From Eledone cirrhosa (taxonomy: Eukaryota), in the NCBI GenBank assembly GCA_964016885.1, contig OZ024743.1:362576001-362640000 (forward strand): 64,000 bases of DNA, given 5' to 3'. Made by a program: the position numbers and the translations under genes. The notes under the pieces were generated by a model. That model was not told where the DNA came from and did no database searches. It saw nothing but the letters and a program-made list of their open reading frames with translations. This document shows, piece by piece, positions 42,634 through 55,479 of this stretch; position 1 is the first letter of the stretch; each line of letters begins with the position of its first letter.

Positions 42634-45600
42634 CCACGTTCCACCGGCCATCGAAATTCCCTGGCTAATGGCTGCCGTCCTCGCCGGCATTGATGCCAAC
42701 ACCAAGATAATCGAAATAGCGAACGAAAAGCAGGAGAACTGGTCCGGATCTGGGATGGAGCTCCTGATTTAAGCGGACCAAAAAAGCATTGAGGTGATCC
42801 CAGAGGTAATAGACTTCACTGACGGCAGCCACCTCACCGTAATCGTCGAGGGCAGAAGGCCTAGGTGTGTCGTTTGTGATGAAGGAACCCACCTAAGGGC
42901 TTTCTGCCCTCAGGCTAAAAGGTGAAGCCACCTCTCTTACCCACCCCAGTGACTCAACCATCAACACCACCAGCAGCAGAAATGGCAACAACATCTGTAG
43001 CAGCAACAACAGAAGCAACTGTAACAGCAACAACCCCAGCAACAGTAGCAAAACCACCACCACCACCACCCAACGCGCCAGAACTAGCACCAGCGCCTAA
43101 ACCATCCACCACGCCACAACCAAAACCAACGCCTGTGGAGGATTTTCCACTCCCCGACCTATCGCAACTGGAGACAGATTGTGACGACGAGGAGTGGCAA
43201 ACGGTATCAGGAAAAAAGAAAAAAAGAAAAAAAGAAAAAGAAACCAAAAAAGAAAAAAATCCTCTTCCTTCCCCCTCCAAAAACAAAATACAGAAGGAAA
43301 CAAATAAACTATCAAACAAAAACGTTAGGACAGATATGTCACCATCCACACCAGCATCACCAACCCCATCACCACAAACACCAACACCATCACCAACACC
43401 ACAAAAGTCACCAAAAAGCGAAACAGAAACAAACCCACAACAAACGCAAACAAAACAAAACAACCAAAACGATACACACTACACAGCATTAAATTTGAAC
43501 AACAAACAATTACTACACTACATCAAACACAACACCAGCATCACAGAAAAAGACTACACAACAACCCAAAAGTTCACACCACCTCCACACATACAAATCA
43601 CTCGCATCACACAGAAAACGTACACGACACTAAAACAAAAATTCCCCAAAGACATCGGAGACTTCCGACAAGCACTCTCCAGGAGGATTTATAAGGACAT
43701 CCTTCCGGAGGAAGCCACAAGCAGTGAAAAGGATGGAGAAACCATCCTTCCTCTACGAGAAGTAAGGTAAGTGGTCTTTCCCATCTTTTCCACTCCATTT
43801 CAACATGACCTCACTCAGAATAGGCAGCATAAATGCGCGTGGCTTGGGGTCGTCATGGAAGCAGGGCCACTTGCTCAACGACCTCAGGTCACTAAACATA
43901 GATGTAGTGGCCATCAGCGAGACCAGAATCTCCGAAGCACGGGCATTCGCACCGATCTTCGGCGGCTACGATGTGTACGCATCTTCCAGCCATCCTGGAT
44001 CGGGGGGAGAAGTTGCTGTGCTTTTTCGGAGAGGTTTGAATCTCGCCATACGGGCCATCTTCCTGGACCCAGAAGGTAAATTGGTGGTGCTGGAGGTGAC
44101 CAGCGGAGACGGGCAAGCTTTCAGGCTAGTGGCTGTCTATGCCCCGACAGGAGCAGGGCGGTCTGATTTCTTCCGGCGTCTGGAGACCTTTCTTGGAACG
44201 TCCCGCTCTTTAGTGTTAGTGGGCGACTGGAACTGGATCTTAGATGCACGCTGGGACTGTGTGGGATTAGCGGATAGGGTAGGAGGGTGCAAGAGCCTCA
44301 CCAACCAGCTCAGGCGTTTTGAACTGTCTGACAAGTACCGATTGGATTTCCCGAATGTGCTAATGTGGACATGGACAAATCTTATAGGGTCATCCAGATC
44401 ATATCTAGATAGAGTATTTTGTAGGGAAATAGATAGGTCTAGCATAGGCTGTCCACAATTCAAGATAGTCAGCTACACGGACCACAAATTCGTGATCTGT
44501 GTGCTTGACTTAGATAGGCTTCATAGACGAGGACCCGGCTACTGGAAGCTAAACGCGTCCTTACCAGCGCGCAAGGCCCACAGAGACCGGATTAGCGAAC
44601 TAGTTAAGCGGGCGTTGACGGGGGCCATCGTCAACAACAAGTGGGGGTAGGCTCTGAAAAGAGCAATTAGAATAGAGTCCATTAGCTTTGGTAAGGCTTT
44701 AGCAATAGAGAAAAATAGAGCAGAGGAAGAACTAGTTAGAAAATTAGACGAGGCGCTTAGCAAAGGCATCGCGACCGACGTACTTGCGGCGAAATTGGCC
44801 CTTGACCAATTCTTCAATGCAAAGCACGAAGGCTGCGTTGTCAGAGCTAGGGTGCGTGCTCTCAAACACGAGGGGACGAAAGCCGTTCAATGGGCCCGAG
44901 TGGCGGAGGTGCGTCGTGGCAACAAAGCTACGATCCGGTCTTTGGTGGACCACGACGGGCGCATGCTACTCGATCCCGGGCAAATGTGTGAAGCTTTTCA
45001 GCGACACTTCACACTGCTGTTCGGGGGCAGCGGCGGGGCGGATCGATGGATGAACTTTAGTTTCTGCCTCGACGGACTGCCGCGGCTCTCGGCCACTGAG
45101 GCTGAGTGTTGCGAAAGGCCGATAACAACCGCTGAAGTACGGGAGGCAATGACTGGCTGCACAAGGGATAAATTGCCTGGTTTGGATGGTCTGCCCTATG
45201 AACTTTACGTACAGATGCCAGACTTGTTCGGAGGCCTCTTGGTAGACGTCTACTGCAACTGGCAACAGAACGGGAGAATTCCCAGCTCTGTGAGCCGAGG
45301 AGCTGTGGCGCTGCTGAGAAAGGATCCGAACAAGGGGGATAACAGATAATTTCAGGCCCATAACTCTGCTAAACACAGAGTTCAAGATTTTGGCCAAGGT
45401 GCTAGCAAAAAGGTTGGCGCTTGTCGTTAGTGGTCTGGTGGGAGAGGCGCAGACATGCACCATTCCCGACAGATCCATCCACGACAACCTCCACCTCATG
45501 CGATACATCGTAGAGAGGGTAGCTAGGGAACCTGGCACGTATGGGTCCTTGATCAATTTAGATCAGTCGAAAGCTTTCGATAGGGTCGACCATCGTTACC

Positions 45601-47356
45601 TAGCGGCAGTTCTGAGGGCGGCTGGCTTTGGGCCCGTCTTCAGAGGCTGGATCGTTGCCATGCACAGCGACATCTGCTCTGTAGTGAGAGTGAACGGTCA
45701 CCTTTCGGAACCGTTCAACATCATGCGCTCGGTCCGCCAAGGATGTCCCCTCTCGTCCCTATTGTACGTATTGACTCTCGAGCCATTACTGCACAAATTG
45801 GAGACGTTGAGGAGGATCCCGCACGAACTAGGATGCGGAAGATCCGTGTCAGCATATGCCGACGATGTCACCGTAGTGGTGTCGAACGCCAAACATATTG
45901 AGGCGATCGGCCCTACACTAAGAGAATACGAAGCGGTGACAGGAGCAATGATCAACCAGGAAAAGTCAGTGGGGCTGCAGCTCGGCACCTGGAGAGGCAG
46001 ATCCATGCCGTCCAACAGCGTCGTAGTGCGCTGGACGGACGGACCGGTTAAATTGCTAGGGGTCTGGTTCGGTCCGGACCTTGAGACGGACAAAAACTGG
46101 GACGAGGTGACGAGCAGGGTGGCTTCTCTCACCCAGAAATGGGCGGAGTGGAAGCTATCCCTCAAAGGTCGAGCGGAGGTGGCTAACGCGTACATCGCGT
46201 CCGTCGTCTACTACCGCCTGACCGTCGTACCTTGTCCTAAGCCCCGCTTGACTGCGCTGGAGCGTTTGCTCTTTCGCTTTTTGTGGAAGGGACGCGCTCC
46301 GATAGTCAGGCGGTCCATCTGCTGTCAACAACACCTACGTGGAGGGCTGGGCATGCCGTGGCTGATGATGCGCAGACACGCGCTCAGACTACGACATCTC
46401 CACCTCTTCCTCGACGGTGATTAGGTGTGGTCACCGTTTGCTAGACGCGTCTTTCCCCCTTGACGGAGCTGCAGTCCTGGGTCAAGCGAAGACCGAGAGG
46501 GACCGCTTGGAGACTGGAATGTTTTCAGGTGCTCACAGCCCTCGACCAATCGGGCAATGTGATCGGTGGAAACTCCACCTTGGCGTTCTATAGAGGATTA
46601 GTGGAGGGGAAGAGCGATGACGTACTTGGGGAAACTCTAGGCGTCGACGAAAATCAACTAGCCAATCTCTTCGGAAGAACTTTCGGCATGTCCGAGATGC
46701 GCGCAGGGCGACGAAACCGTCCTGCACGCACTCGTCCAGTGTCCGAGCACTGCTGACTTGTGGGTTTATGTCGAAAACCTGCTGTCACGCGTAGGATGGA
46801 TCCAGCTATCAGCTGAGTCCATCGTGAGGATTGCCCCGCCCTCTTCCTTTAGCCGGGAAGGGCAGGCAGTTTTTATCTGTCTGGTGGCCATGGCGAAAGA
46901 GATAGTATGGTGGACACATTTGAAAAGGCTGAAGACGAGCACTTACCTCTTCGGTGATGTCCTGATTAACTTTTTCAAATTTCATTTGAAAAGGAAAATC
47001 AGGGTAGAAAGGGAAGTGCTCTCTTCCCAGCATTTTGTTGAAAGATGGGTGAGAGAGGCAAGAATGGCCCGAGTGAATCGGCCTACTCTGAGTATGTGTC
47101 TGTAAATTAAAGGTGGAAAACTGGGTGCGGGCACTTTCCCTGGTGGTCAGGGTCACTGTGGCTTTTTAATGGGCTTTCTCCACGAATGTCCCTCGGAAGA
47201 CTCCCTCGTATTGGGGAATTTTTCATTGTTATTTTTTTGTTACATCCTCTGTTTTTGTTTTTTACACGCAGAAATGCCCATTTGTACCGTCCTGTATTGT
47301 CATGTACTGTCCTTGATGTCTACTTTACGTAAACCCTTGTGGTTAATAAAGAAAGC
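42634..47356 (+). mobile_element. Tx1-clade LINE family A, copy 2 (mid-ORF1 to 3' end), inactivated
   Basis: ORF1 zinc knuckle CVVCDEGTHLRAFC; ORF2 from 43805 with APE and RT (QGCPLS, YADD), stops, frameshifts and a deletion near 46686; AATAAA plus (ATT)n tail. Confidence 0.95.
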
Positions 47357-47369
47357 ATTATTATTATTA

Positions 47370-49302
47370 CAGCTGAATTTATCTTGCTTTATGTTCATAC
47401 GAGTTATCACCAAGTCACAACCAGTGACCTCAAGAGACAACAAGGTCCGCCATGTTCAAGAAAGAACATACATACTCACACATGCATCTTTAGTGTTTAG
47501 ACTTGTGATGTACTTATATTGACAGAATCTTCCTTAATATATGGGCAGTTCCCATTAGTACTATCTTTTGTATTTCTCCTATACGCGGGTTTCCTGGGAT
47601 TTGCGATAAGTAATCATTAGACCCCTTAGGTATCATTCCTAGAGCGCCTACAACCACTGGTATTGTTTTAGTTCTCAATTTCCACATTTTTCCAATTTCT
47701 ATCTCCAGGTCCTTATACTTGCTCAATTTTTCAAATGTTTTTATAGATACATTCTTGTCTATTGGAACGGACATATCAATTAGCAGGCATGCCCTCTTTT
47801 TAAAGTCCTTCAATATTATATCAGGTCTTTTTGCATCTATTTTTCGGTCTGTTTGGATGCTAAAGTTCCGCAAGATTGAGATGTGATCTTTTTCAAGTAT
47901 GGGAGGTGGTTGATGCTCCCACCAATTCTTTTGATGGGGCAAGTCAAAATGCTTACACATTATCCAATGTATGTATTGTGCAGCTCTGTCATGCCTGTTT
48001 AGGTATTCGGTTGGAGCTATAGGACTGCACATTGAAATTATATGGTCAATGGTCTCTGGTTGTTTTTTGAATACACGGCATAATGGGCTGCACCCATTTT
48101 TTATTATGTTGGCTTGGTAATTTTTTGTTGGTAGACACTGATCTTGTGCTGATATAATCAGTCCTTCAGTCTCCGATTTCAGTCCAGAGGATGCCAACCA
48201 CTGATGGGTTAAAGTTTTGTCAACATCAGGATTGTTAGCTCGCTCTGGGTATTTTCCATACAGAGGCTTTTCTTGCCATTTCTTAGCCAGTTTCTGTAGC
48301 AGTTCTTTCTTTGCAGTTACTTTTACCTGCTTTGCTTTTTCTGTGTTTTCCATTTCAGCAGTAAATGGGACTTCTGAAATTTGTAGTCCATTACTGTATC
48401 TTTGTGCATCTTTTGTAATGGAGTATGATCTTTTGATGCTTTCGTGTTTCAAAACGAGTTTGATCATCCAATCATGTGATTCCCTTAGATATGTAGATAA
48501 TCCAATTGTTGCAGTTTTCAACGCAATGTCTAACTGGATTAACCCACGTCCTCCTTCTTTCCTAGGGAGATATATTCTATCTGTATCTGCCTACGGATCT
48601 CTGTGCTTGACCAGTTGATGACATTGTAACTGTAGGTTACTACTAGTATGGCAAGCGTGTTTATGGCATCGATCCTATTCCTTGCATTCAATTCCGTTCT
48701 TAAGATTGCTCCTACTCTGCGGTAACATTCCTTCCTTATCCTTTCCCTCATTGTCGAGTGCTTGATTCCGTCTCCTTCACAAACACCTAGATATTTGTAA
48801 GTTTTTTCTTGATCAAGTTCTCTTATCACGTTCCCCCGATCAAGATTAATGTCTGAACTCTTCAGCAGCTTTCCTCTGGTGAACGTTGCTTTAGCGCATT
48901 TATCTAGTCCAAACTCCATTTTAATGTCATCACTGAACTGCTCCACAGTGGATAATAGCCCTTGTAATTGTTCATCATTTTTTGCAAATAGTTTCAGGTC
49001 ATCCATGTAGAACAGGTGATTAATGGTTTTGTCATACACTTTATATCCATGTTTTGTTTCATTGAGCATTTTACTTAATGGTATAAGTGCGATGCAGAAT
49101 AAAAGCGGTGATAAAGAGTCACCCTGAAAAATTCCACAATTAATATTAACTTCTCCAGCTTCCAGTGATTTTGTTTCACTATTCAAAAGGAGTGTCGTTT
49201 TCCATGTCTTCATACTGAATGACAAAAACCTCCTGACAACGGGGGATATTTTGAAAATCTCTAAACATTTTTCAATCCAACTGTGTGGCAAACTATCGAA
49301 TG
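47370..49302 (-). mobile_element. R4/Dong-clade non-LTR retrotransposon, 5'-truncated, intact 3' end
   Basis: FDSLPHSW, GIFQGDSLSP, FYMDD; CRV..ETIDHIISMC, RHD, RPDI..IDMSVP..KLSKY restriction-like endonuclease; (TAA)n at both ends. Confidence 0.93.
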
Positions 49303-49313
49303 TTATTATTATT

Positions 49314-49472
49314 AGGGTCGGACGTCATGCTTTCCAGCATAGTTACGTCCCTTTACGATCTGAGTTCAAATCCCGCCGAGGTTGACTTTGCCTTTCATCC
49401 TTACGGGGTCGATAAAATAAAGTACCAGTAATGCACTGGGTAATTGCTGGCCTTGTGCCTAAAGTAGAAACA
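49314..49472 (+). mobile_element. S1 SINE between (ATT)n tracts
   Basis: S1 body with ATT repeats on both sides. Confidence 0.95.
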
Positions 49473-49724
49473 ATTATTATTATTATTATTATTATTATTG
49501 GCCGCACATGTGTGAAGACAGACAAGTCTGCGGGGGAAAAGATTCGTAGCTTTAAGCTGTTTTAAAGTGTCTTTTTTTTGTATTTTCTTGTCATTAACGA
49601 AACTTAAGGTACACATCTTGATTTAAAGAGAGGGATACCTCTCAATATTCGGGCTTTAAGCCCGAATATTCAGATTTATTTTTAAAATCTTCGGAAAAAA
49701 TCGCTTCCCCATCAAAAGAAAATT

Positions 49725-51712
49725 ATGGAAATTTTCGACCTTGAAACGGTAAACAACGTTCAGGTCAAAAGTTTAAAGGCAGCCACTGCAGATTTCACCA
49801 CGACTACGACGGCTACAGTCATGCCTGTCATCCACTCTACTGAATGTGAAGGCAAAACTAAAAAGCTACCATCACAACCTTCTGCCATAGCAGCAGTATC
49901 ATCTGAAAACGACATCACCACCACCGCCACCACCACCACCACCACAACAACAACAACTCAGAGCAATAACGACAAAAACACCGACAGCTTCAATGTAAAC
50001 AAGGATGGCGGTGGCAACAGCAAGAATGACAACAACAACAATAAGAGCATCAGAAACACCACATTTGCTGCAGCAGCAGCAGCAAAAACAAAGCGCTTAT
50101 TGAATATCGATATTGATATTAGCGATAAAGACGAACAGTTGGCCAAAGCGTGGAGGCTAATTAAACGGGAGAAGTCCTGGGCAAACCTGGCCATCCCGGA
50201 CGAGGCAATAGCGGCCTTGCAAAGGAGGACGGTGCTCTTTCGATGTATTTCGGTGTAGACACGAAAAGTGGAACTTGCGAGCCAAGCAGAGGTAGAGGCT
50301 GCTTTGGAGTACATCGGAAGTAACATAGAGTACAAAGCAAGAGGCAAACAGTTCGGTACCATCTCGGTACTGTTCAAATCCGAGGCCCTCGCTATTAAGC
50401 ACTCGGTGATCCCCTGCAGAACGGAACGCATTATCATGCATCCGTCCTATATGGGTAAAAGGACAGTGAAGGTACGCATTCCCAGCATCCCACCAGGAAT
50501 GAACATATGGTGGCTGCTGGGATGCGTAATCGAGGAGGGGACAGACACCATCCTCCTGGACATCAAAAGGACAGAGAGAGAAGACTGGTCCGGAATGGAT
50601 TTGGAGATTCTTCTCCAAATGAAACGGGAGGATATAAATAACATCCCAGATTTTGCCCGCCTGCAGGACGGGACAACAATCCAACTAATGATTGACGGAA
50701 GAAGGCCACGCTGCTTCGTTTGCGGGGAAGCCACGCATCTTCAAGCCTTCTGCCCTCAGCGCAAAAATGCAGGGGGTCGCAAACCTCCTTTGTTGCCAAC
50801 GCCAGTGTCAGCACGGAAAGCTGCACCACCACCACCACCAAAAACAACATCAACAAAAACACGGACACCAACATCAAAAGCAGCCGGATCACCACCAACA
50901 CCAAAACCAATCCAAGGAGAAAACGAGGAAAGCTCTCCCACTACCCCTACCCCCCCCCCCCCCCCAACCATATACATAGACAAAAAAAAAATAAACGCAC
51001 ACACAGACACAAAGACACTCACAGACACAGACCCTTTGTCTTCCAGCAGCGAAGATGAAGGAAAACCCAAAAGTGCAAAAAAACAGAGAAAACTCACAAA
51101 AAAAAAAAGCCCCTACAAAACACAAAAACACACACAACAAAAAATACAGACACCACTAACGCAGACACTTCCCCAATACCATCAGCACCATCAGCAACAT
51201 CGACACCACCTCCACAATCCCCGAAACGCAAACAACCTAAACAAACACAAGTACAAATAAACACACAAATACCTGAAATTGCAGACACCACACCTACAAC
51301 AAACATAGACATACCCGAAACAACACCACCAAAACCATCGCCACCACCTTCATCAAAACGAAAACAAATAAAACCACACCAACAAAATGTTAAAAACTTC
51401 GTGCTTGTCAGAAGGGCCAACGATAAACTGATGGCCCTCTTAGCGCGAAGCGAGGACATTCAAACAGAGGGGGAGATTTTTGAAATGAGCACATTTTGCG
51501 TGCCAGAAGATTTGCTTCTGGTTCGAATGTCACTCAATTCCTTCAAAGAAATTCGAGAGAGCTTTCCTCAAGACGTGGGAAACCCGAATGTGAAACCCAC
51601 ATCAAGACTTTTAAAGGGGTTCCCAAAAGAAACCCCACCAACCATGGAGGTCGAACCACCCGACCTTCACAAGACCCGGGAGGTAAGTAAACCTTCCCTC
51701 TCTCTCTCTTAG
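49725..51712 (+). pseudogene. Tx1 ORF1 (gag-like, CCHC zinc knuckle)
   Basis: CFVCGEATHLQAFC; in-frame TAG at 50256 and apparent frameshift(s) in the homopolymer-rich segment. Confidence 0.85.
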
Positions 51713-51721
51713 CTTACCAAT

Positions 51722-54700
51722 ATGGCCATATTAAGAGTAGGAAGTTTAAATGTTCGCGGCCTGGGGTCACCCTGGAAGCAGGGTCGCCTGCTCAACGACC
51801 TCCGGTCGCTGGAAATGGATGTGATTGCCGTAAGCGAGACCAGAATTTCCGACACGCGTGCACTAGCCCCCATTTTCGACGACTATCAGATCTTCGCATC
51901 TGTTAGCAGGCTGGGAATGGGGGGTGGGGTGGCAGTGCTGTTTAGGAAAGGACTGGATCTCGAGGTAAGGTCGATCTTCCGGGACCCGGACGGTAAGTTG
52001 GTGGTCTTGGATGTGAGCAGTAGCGAAGGTGGTGCCTTTAGACTGCTGGCCGCCTACGCCCCTACAGGGGCCGGACGACCTGACTTCTTTAGGCGCCTGG
52101 AGACCTTTCTGGGTACGTCTCGCCCTTTACTGTTAGCGGGGGACTGGAATGGCATCTTAGACGCACGCTGGGATTGTGTGGGAGTAGCCGATAGGAGCGG
52201 GGGGGGGGGGGTGCAAAAGCCTCAAGCACCTACTCAGCCAGTTCCAACTGTCCGACAGGTATCGACTAGATTTCCCCAATGTGCCAGTATGGACATGGAC
52301 CAACCGAATGGGATCATCTAGATCGTATATAGACAGAATCTTCATTAGGAAAATAGATAGAAATAGTGTGGGCTGTCCACTTTTTAAAACGGTCGCCTAT
52401 TCAGATCACAAATTTGTGATCTGTACGGTCGACCTAAATAAAACGCGGAGGTTAGGACCGGGTTACTGGAAGCTGAACATGTCATTTCCGGCACGTAAGG
52501 CTTACAGGGACCGAGTCAATAAGTTAGTTAAGCAAAAGTTGACAGGGGGGATCATCAACAACAGATGGTGGGGGGCTCTCTAAAGAGAGATTAGAGTAAC
52601 TTCGATAGAGTTCAGCAAAGAACTAGCGTTAGAGAAAAATAGAAAGGAGGGGGAGCTGGTAGATAAGTTAGACGAGGCTATTTGTAGTGGCATCGCAACT
52701 GACGTGCTAGCGGCGAGAATGGCATTAGACCATTTCTTCAATGCCAAACACGAAGGTTGCATTGTCAGAGCTAAGGCGCGTGCGCTGAGAAACGAGCGAA
52801 CTAAAGCTGTTCGATGGGCCCGCGTGGCGGAGGCGCAGCGTGGTAATAAAACCACAATTCGGTCTTTGGCGGACCGAGACGGATACGAGATAAGCGATTC
52901 CAAGCGGATGTGTGAGGCCTTTCGCCAGCACTTTGCTCGGTTGTTCGGGGAGAGTGGCGAGTCAGAGAGAGTAGCGGATTTCAGTCCCTACCTTGACGGC
53001 TTGCCGCGCATCTCGACGGTCGACGCTGAGCGCTGCGAAAGGCCGATTACTTCAGCCGAAATTCAGGACGCCCTTGTCGGCTGCATGAGGCGCAAGTCAC
53101 CCGGCTTGGATGGCCTGCCCTACGAGCTTTACGTAAATATGCCAGACTTGTTCTCCGAACTCCTCGAAGCACTCTACTGTAACTGGCAGCAGAATGGGAG
53201 TATTCCCAGTTCTGTGAGCAGGGGAGTAGTGACGCTGATAAGGAAAGACGAGAACAAGAGGGATACATTAGACAACTTCAGGCCCATAACTCTGCTCAAC
53301 ACAGAGTTTAAGATTTTGGCCAAGGTGTTAGCAAAGAGATTGGCGCTTGTCATCGAGGATTTGGTTGGGGAGGCGCAAACTTGCGCAATCCAAGCCAGGT
53401 CCATACACGACAATCTCGACCTCATGCGATACATCATAGACAGGGTAGGGTGTAAACCTGGCTTCGGTGGGGCACTGATCAATTTAGATCAATCGAAAGC
53501 ATTCGATAGGGTCGACCATCGGTATCTGGAGTTTGTCCTCAAAGCAGCTGGCTTCGGCCCTGTCTTTAGAGGCTGGATCGTTGCAATGCACAGTGGCACA
53601 CGCTCGGTGGTCAAGGTTAATGGCCACCTCTCGGAACCATTTCGGCTCTCCCGATCGGTCCGTCAAGGGTGCCCTCTCTCTTCCCTTCTGTACGTATTGA
53701 CTCTCGAGCCTTTACTGCGGAAGCTGGAGCTGTTGCAGGGCATCCCGCTCGAACCGGGACGTGGAAAGGCGGTGTCAGCTTATGCGGACGACATCACCGT
53801 GATGGTGTCGAACACCTCAGAAATCGAGGTGGTCGGCACCTTATTGAAGGAATATGAAAGGTTGACAGGAGCCAAACTTAACCCGGAAAAGTCGGTGGGC
53901 TTGCAGCTCGGAACCTGGAGAGGCAAGCCCATGCCGTCCAACAGCGTCGTGGGGCGCTGGACGGACGGACCAGTAAAGTTGCTCGGGGTTTGGTTCGGAC
54001 CAGACCTCCAGGTGGAAAAGAATTGGGACGAGGTAACGAGCAGAGTAGCCAGTCTCACCCAAAAATGGGCTGGGAGGAAGCTATCACTGAAAGGTCGCGC
54101 GGAGGTGGCGAATGCGTACATCGCGTCCGTCATCTATTACCGCCTAACCGTCGTGCCTTGCCCCCGTCCGCGTCTCGTCAAGTTGGAACAGCTCCTCTTC
54201 AAATTCTTGTGGAGGGGACAAGTTCCGTTGGTGAGGCGGTCCATCTGCTGCCAGCACCCTCTACGCGGAGGGCTGGGCATGCCGTGGCTAATGATGCGCA
54301 GACATGCGTTGAGGCTGCGACATCTCCAAATATTCTGCCTCAATGGTGAACAGGTGTGGTCGCCGTTTATCAGACGGGCCTTTCCGCAGCTCATTTCTTT
54401 GACTGAGCTGCAGTCCTGGGTCAAGAAGAGACCGAGACTGGGTGACTGGCACCTGGAATGTTGCCAGGCACTCACTGCCCTCTACCAAGCGGGCAATGCG
54501 ATCAGTGGAACTTCCACTCTCGAGTTCTATAGAGGATTAGTGGTGGGCAAGTGCGATGACGCACTCGGAGAAGCTTTGGGCCTCGACGAAGTCGAACTGA
54601 CCAGTCTGTACCGGAGGACTTTTGAGCCGGGGACGATGGACAATTTCCAGAAATCCCTCGCTTGGCAGTGCTACCGGGGGGCACTGCCGGTTCGGGATAA

Positions 54701-55151
54701 ACTCTACAGGCACGGAAGTGCTGTCAGACGGACCTGCCCAAGATGCGCACAGAACGACGAAACCGTTCTGCACGCACTTGTCCAATGTCCGTGCATTACT
54801 GACTTGTGGAGTTATGTCGAACAGCTACTGTCGCGTGTAGAACGAATCCGGCTATCGGCCGAGTCCATAGTGAAGATCGAGCCGCCACCTTCCTTAGGTC
54901 AGGAAGAGCAGGACATTTTCCTCTGTCTGGTGGCAGTTGCGAAAGAGATTATATGGTGGACCAGGTTGAAAGGACTAAAGACAGACACTTTTCTCTTCGG
55001 CCAATCCCTCATCAACTTCTTCAAGTTTCACCTGGAAAGGAGGGTGAGGGTGGAGAGAGAAGTGCTTCCCCCCAGTACATTTGCTAAAAGGTGGGTGAAT
55101 GTGGCGAGAATGGCTCGTGTGAATGGGCCTACTCTGACCATGCGCCTATAG
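51722..55151 (+). pseudogene. Tx1 ORF2 (APE endonuclease, RT, C-terminal CCHC)
   Basis: SLNVRGL, AGDWN, SDH; RPITLLN, KAFDRV, QGCPLS, YADD; CPRCAQNDETVLHALVQC; frameshift in poly-G near 52200 and TAA at 52581. Confidence 0.95.
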
Positions 55152-55424
55152 GCTGGCTAACTTGAGGAGAGGGGTGCTCTCCTGGGTGCTCTAGAAGCGC
55201 AGGGTGGTTCAGGATTGGTGGGGTACCCGAATCACCCCAGAGTCGTCCACCCCCTATCGGGGAATTTATTTTGTTATATTTTGCATAGTTTATTTAAATT
55301 TTATATTTTCATTGTTAAATTAGTCTTGCCATTGTGCACTTTTACTCGACCTTATTGTAAACCCCCACTGTCCCTGTCTTTGTATTGTCCCCTACATGTC
55401 GGCCCTTGTGGCTAATAAATGAAA

Positions 55425-55479
<55 letters not shown>

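Larger units (their letters stand above)
49500..55426 (+). mobile_element. Full-length Tx1-clade LINE family B within (ATT)n
   Basis: 5' UTR, ORF1, ORF2 and 3' UTR all present; (ATT)n at 49473-49499 and 55427-55478. Confidence 0.95.

Noticed and set aside
38000-49500. Dong-SINE-Tx1 unit as a segmental duplication or single composite element
   Set aside because: The two Dong copies and the Tx1 families are highly divergent and truncated at different points, indicating independent insertions
41995-54785. Antisense and alternate-frame ORFs over the LINEs
   Set aside because: Shadow frames of GC-richer retrotransposon coding sequence
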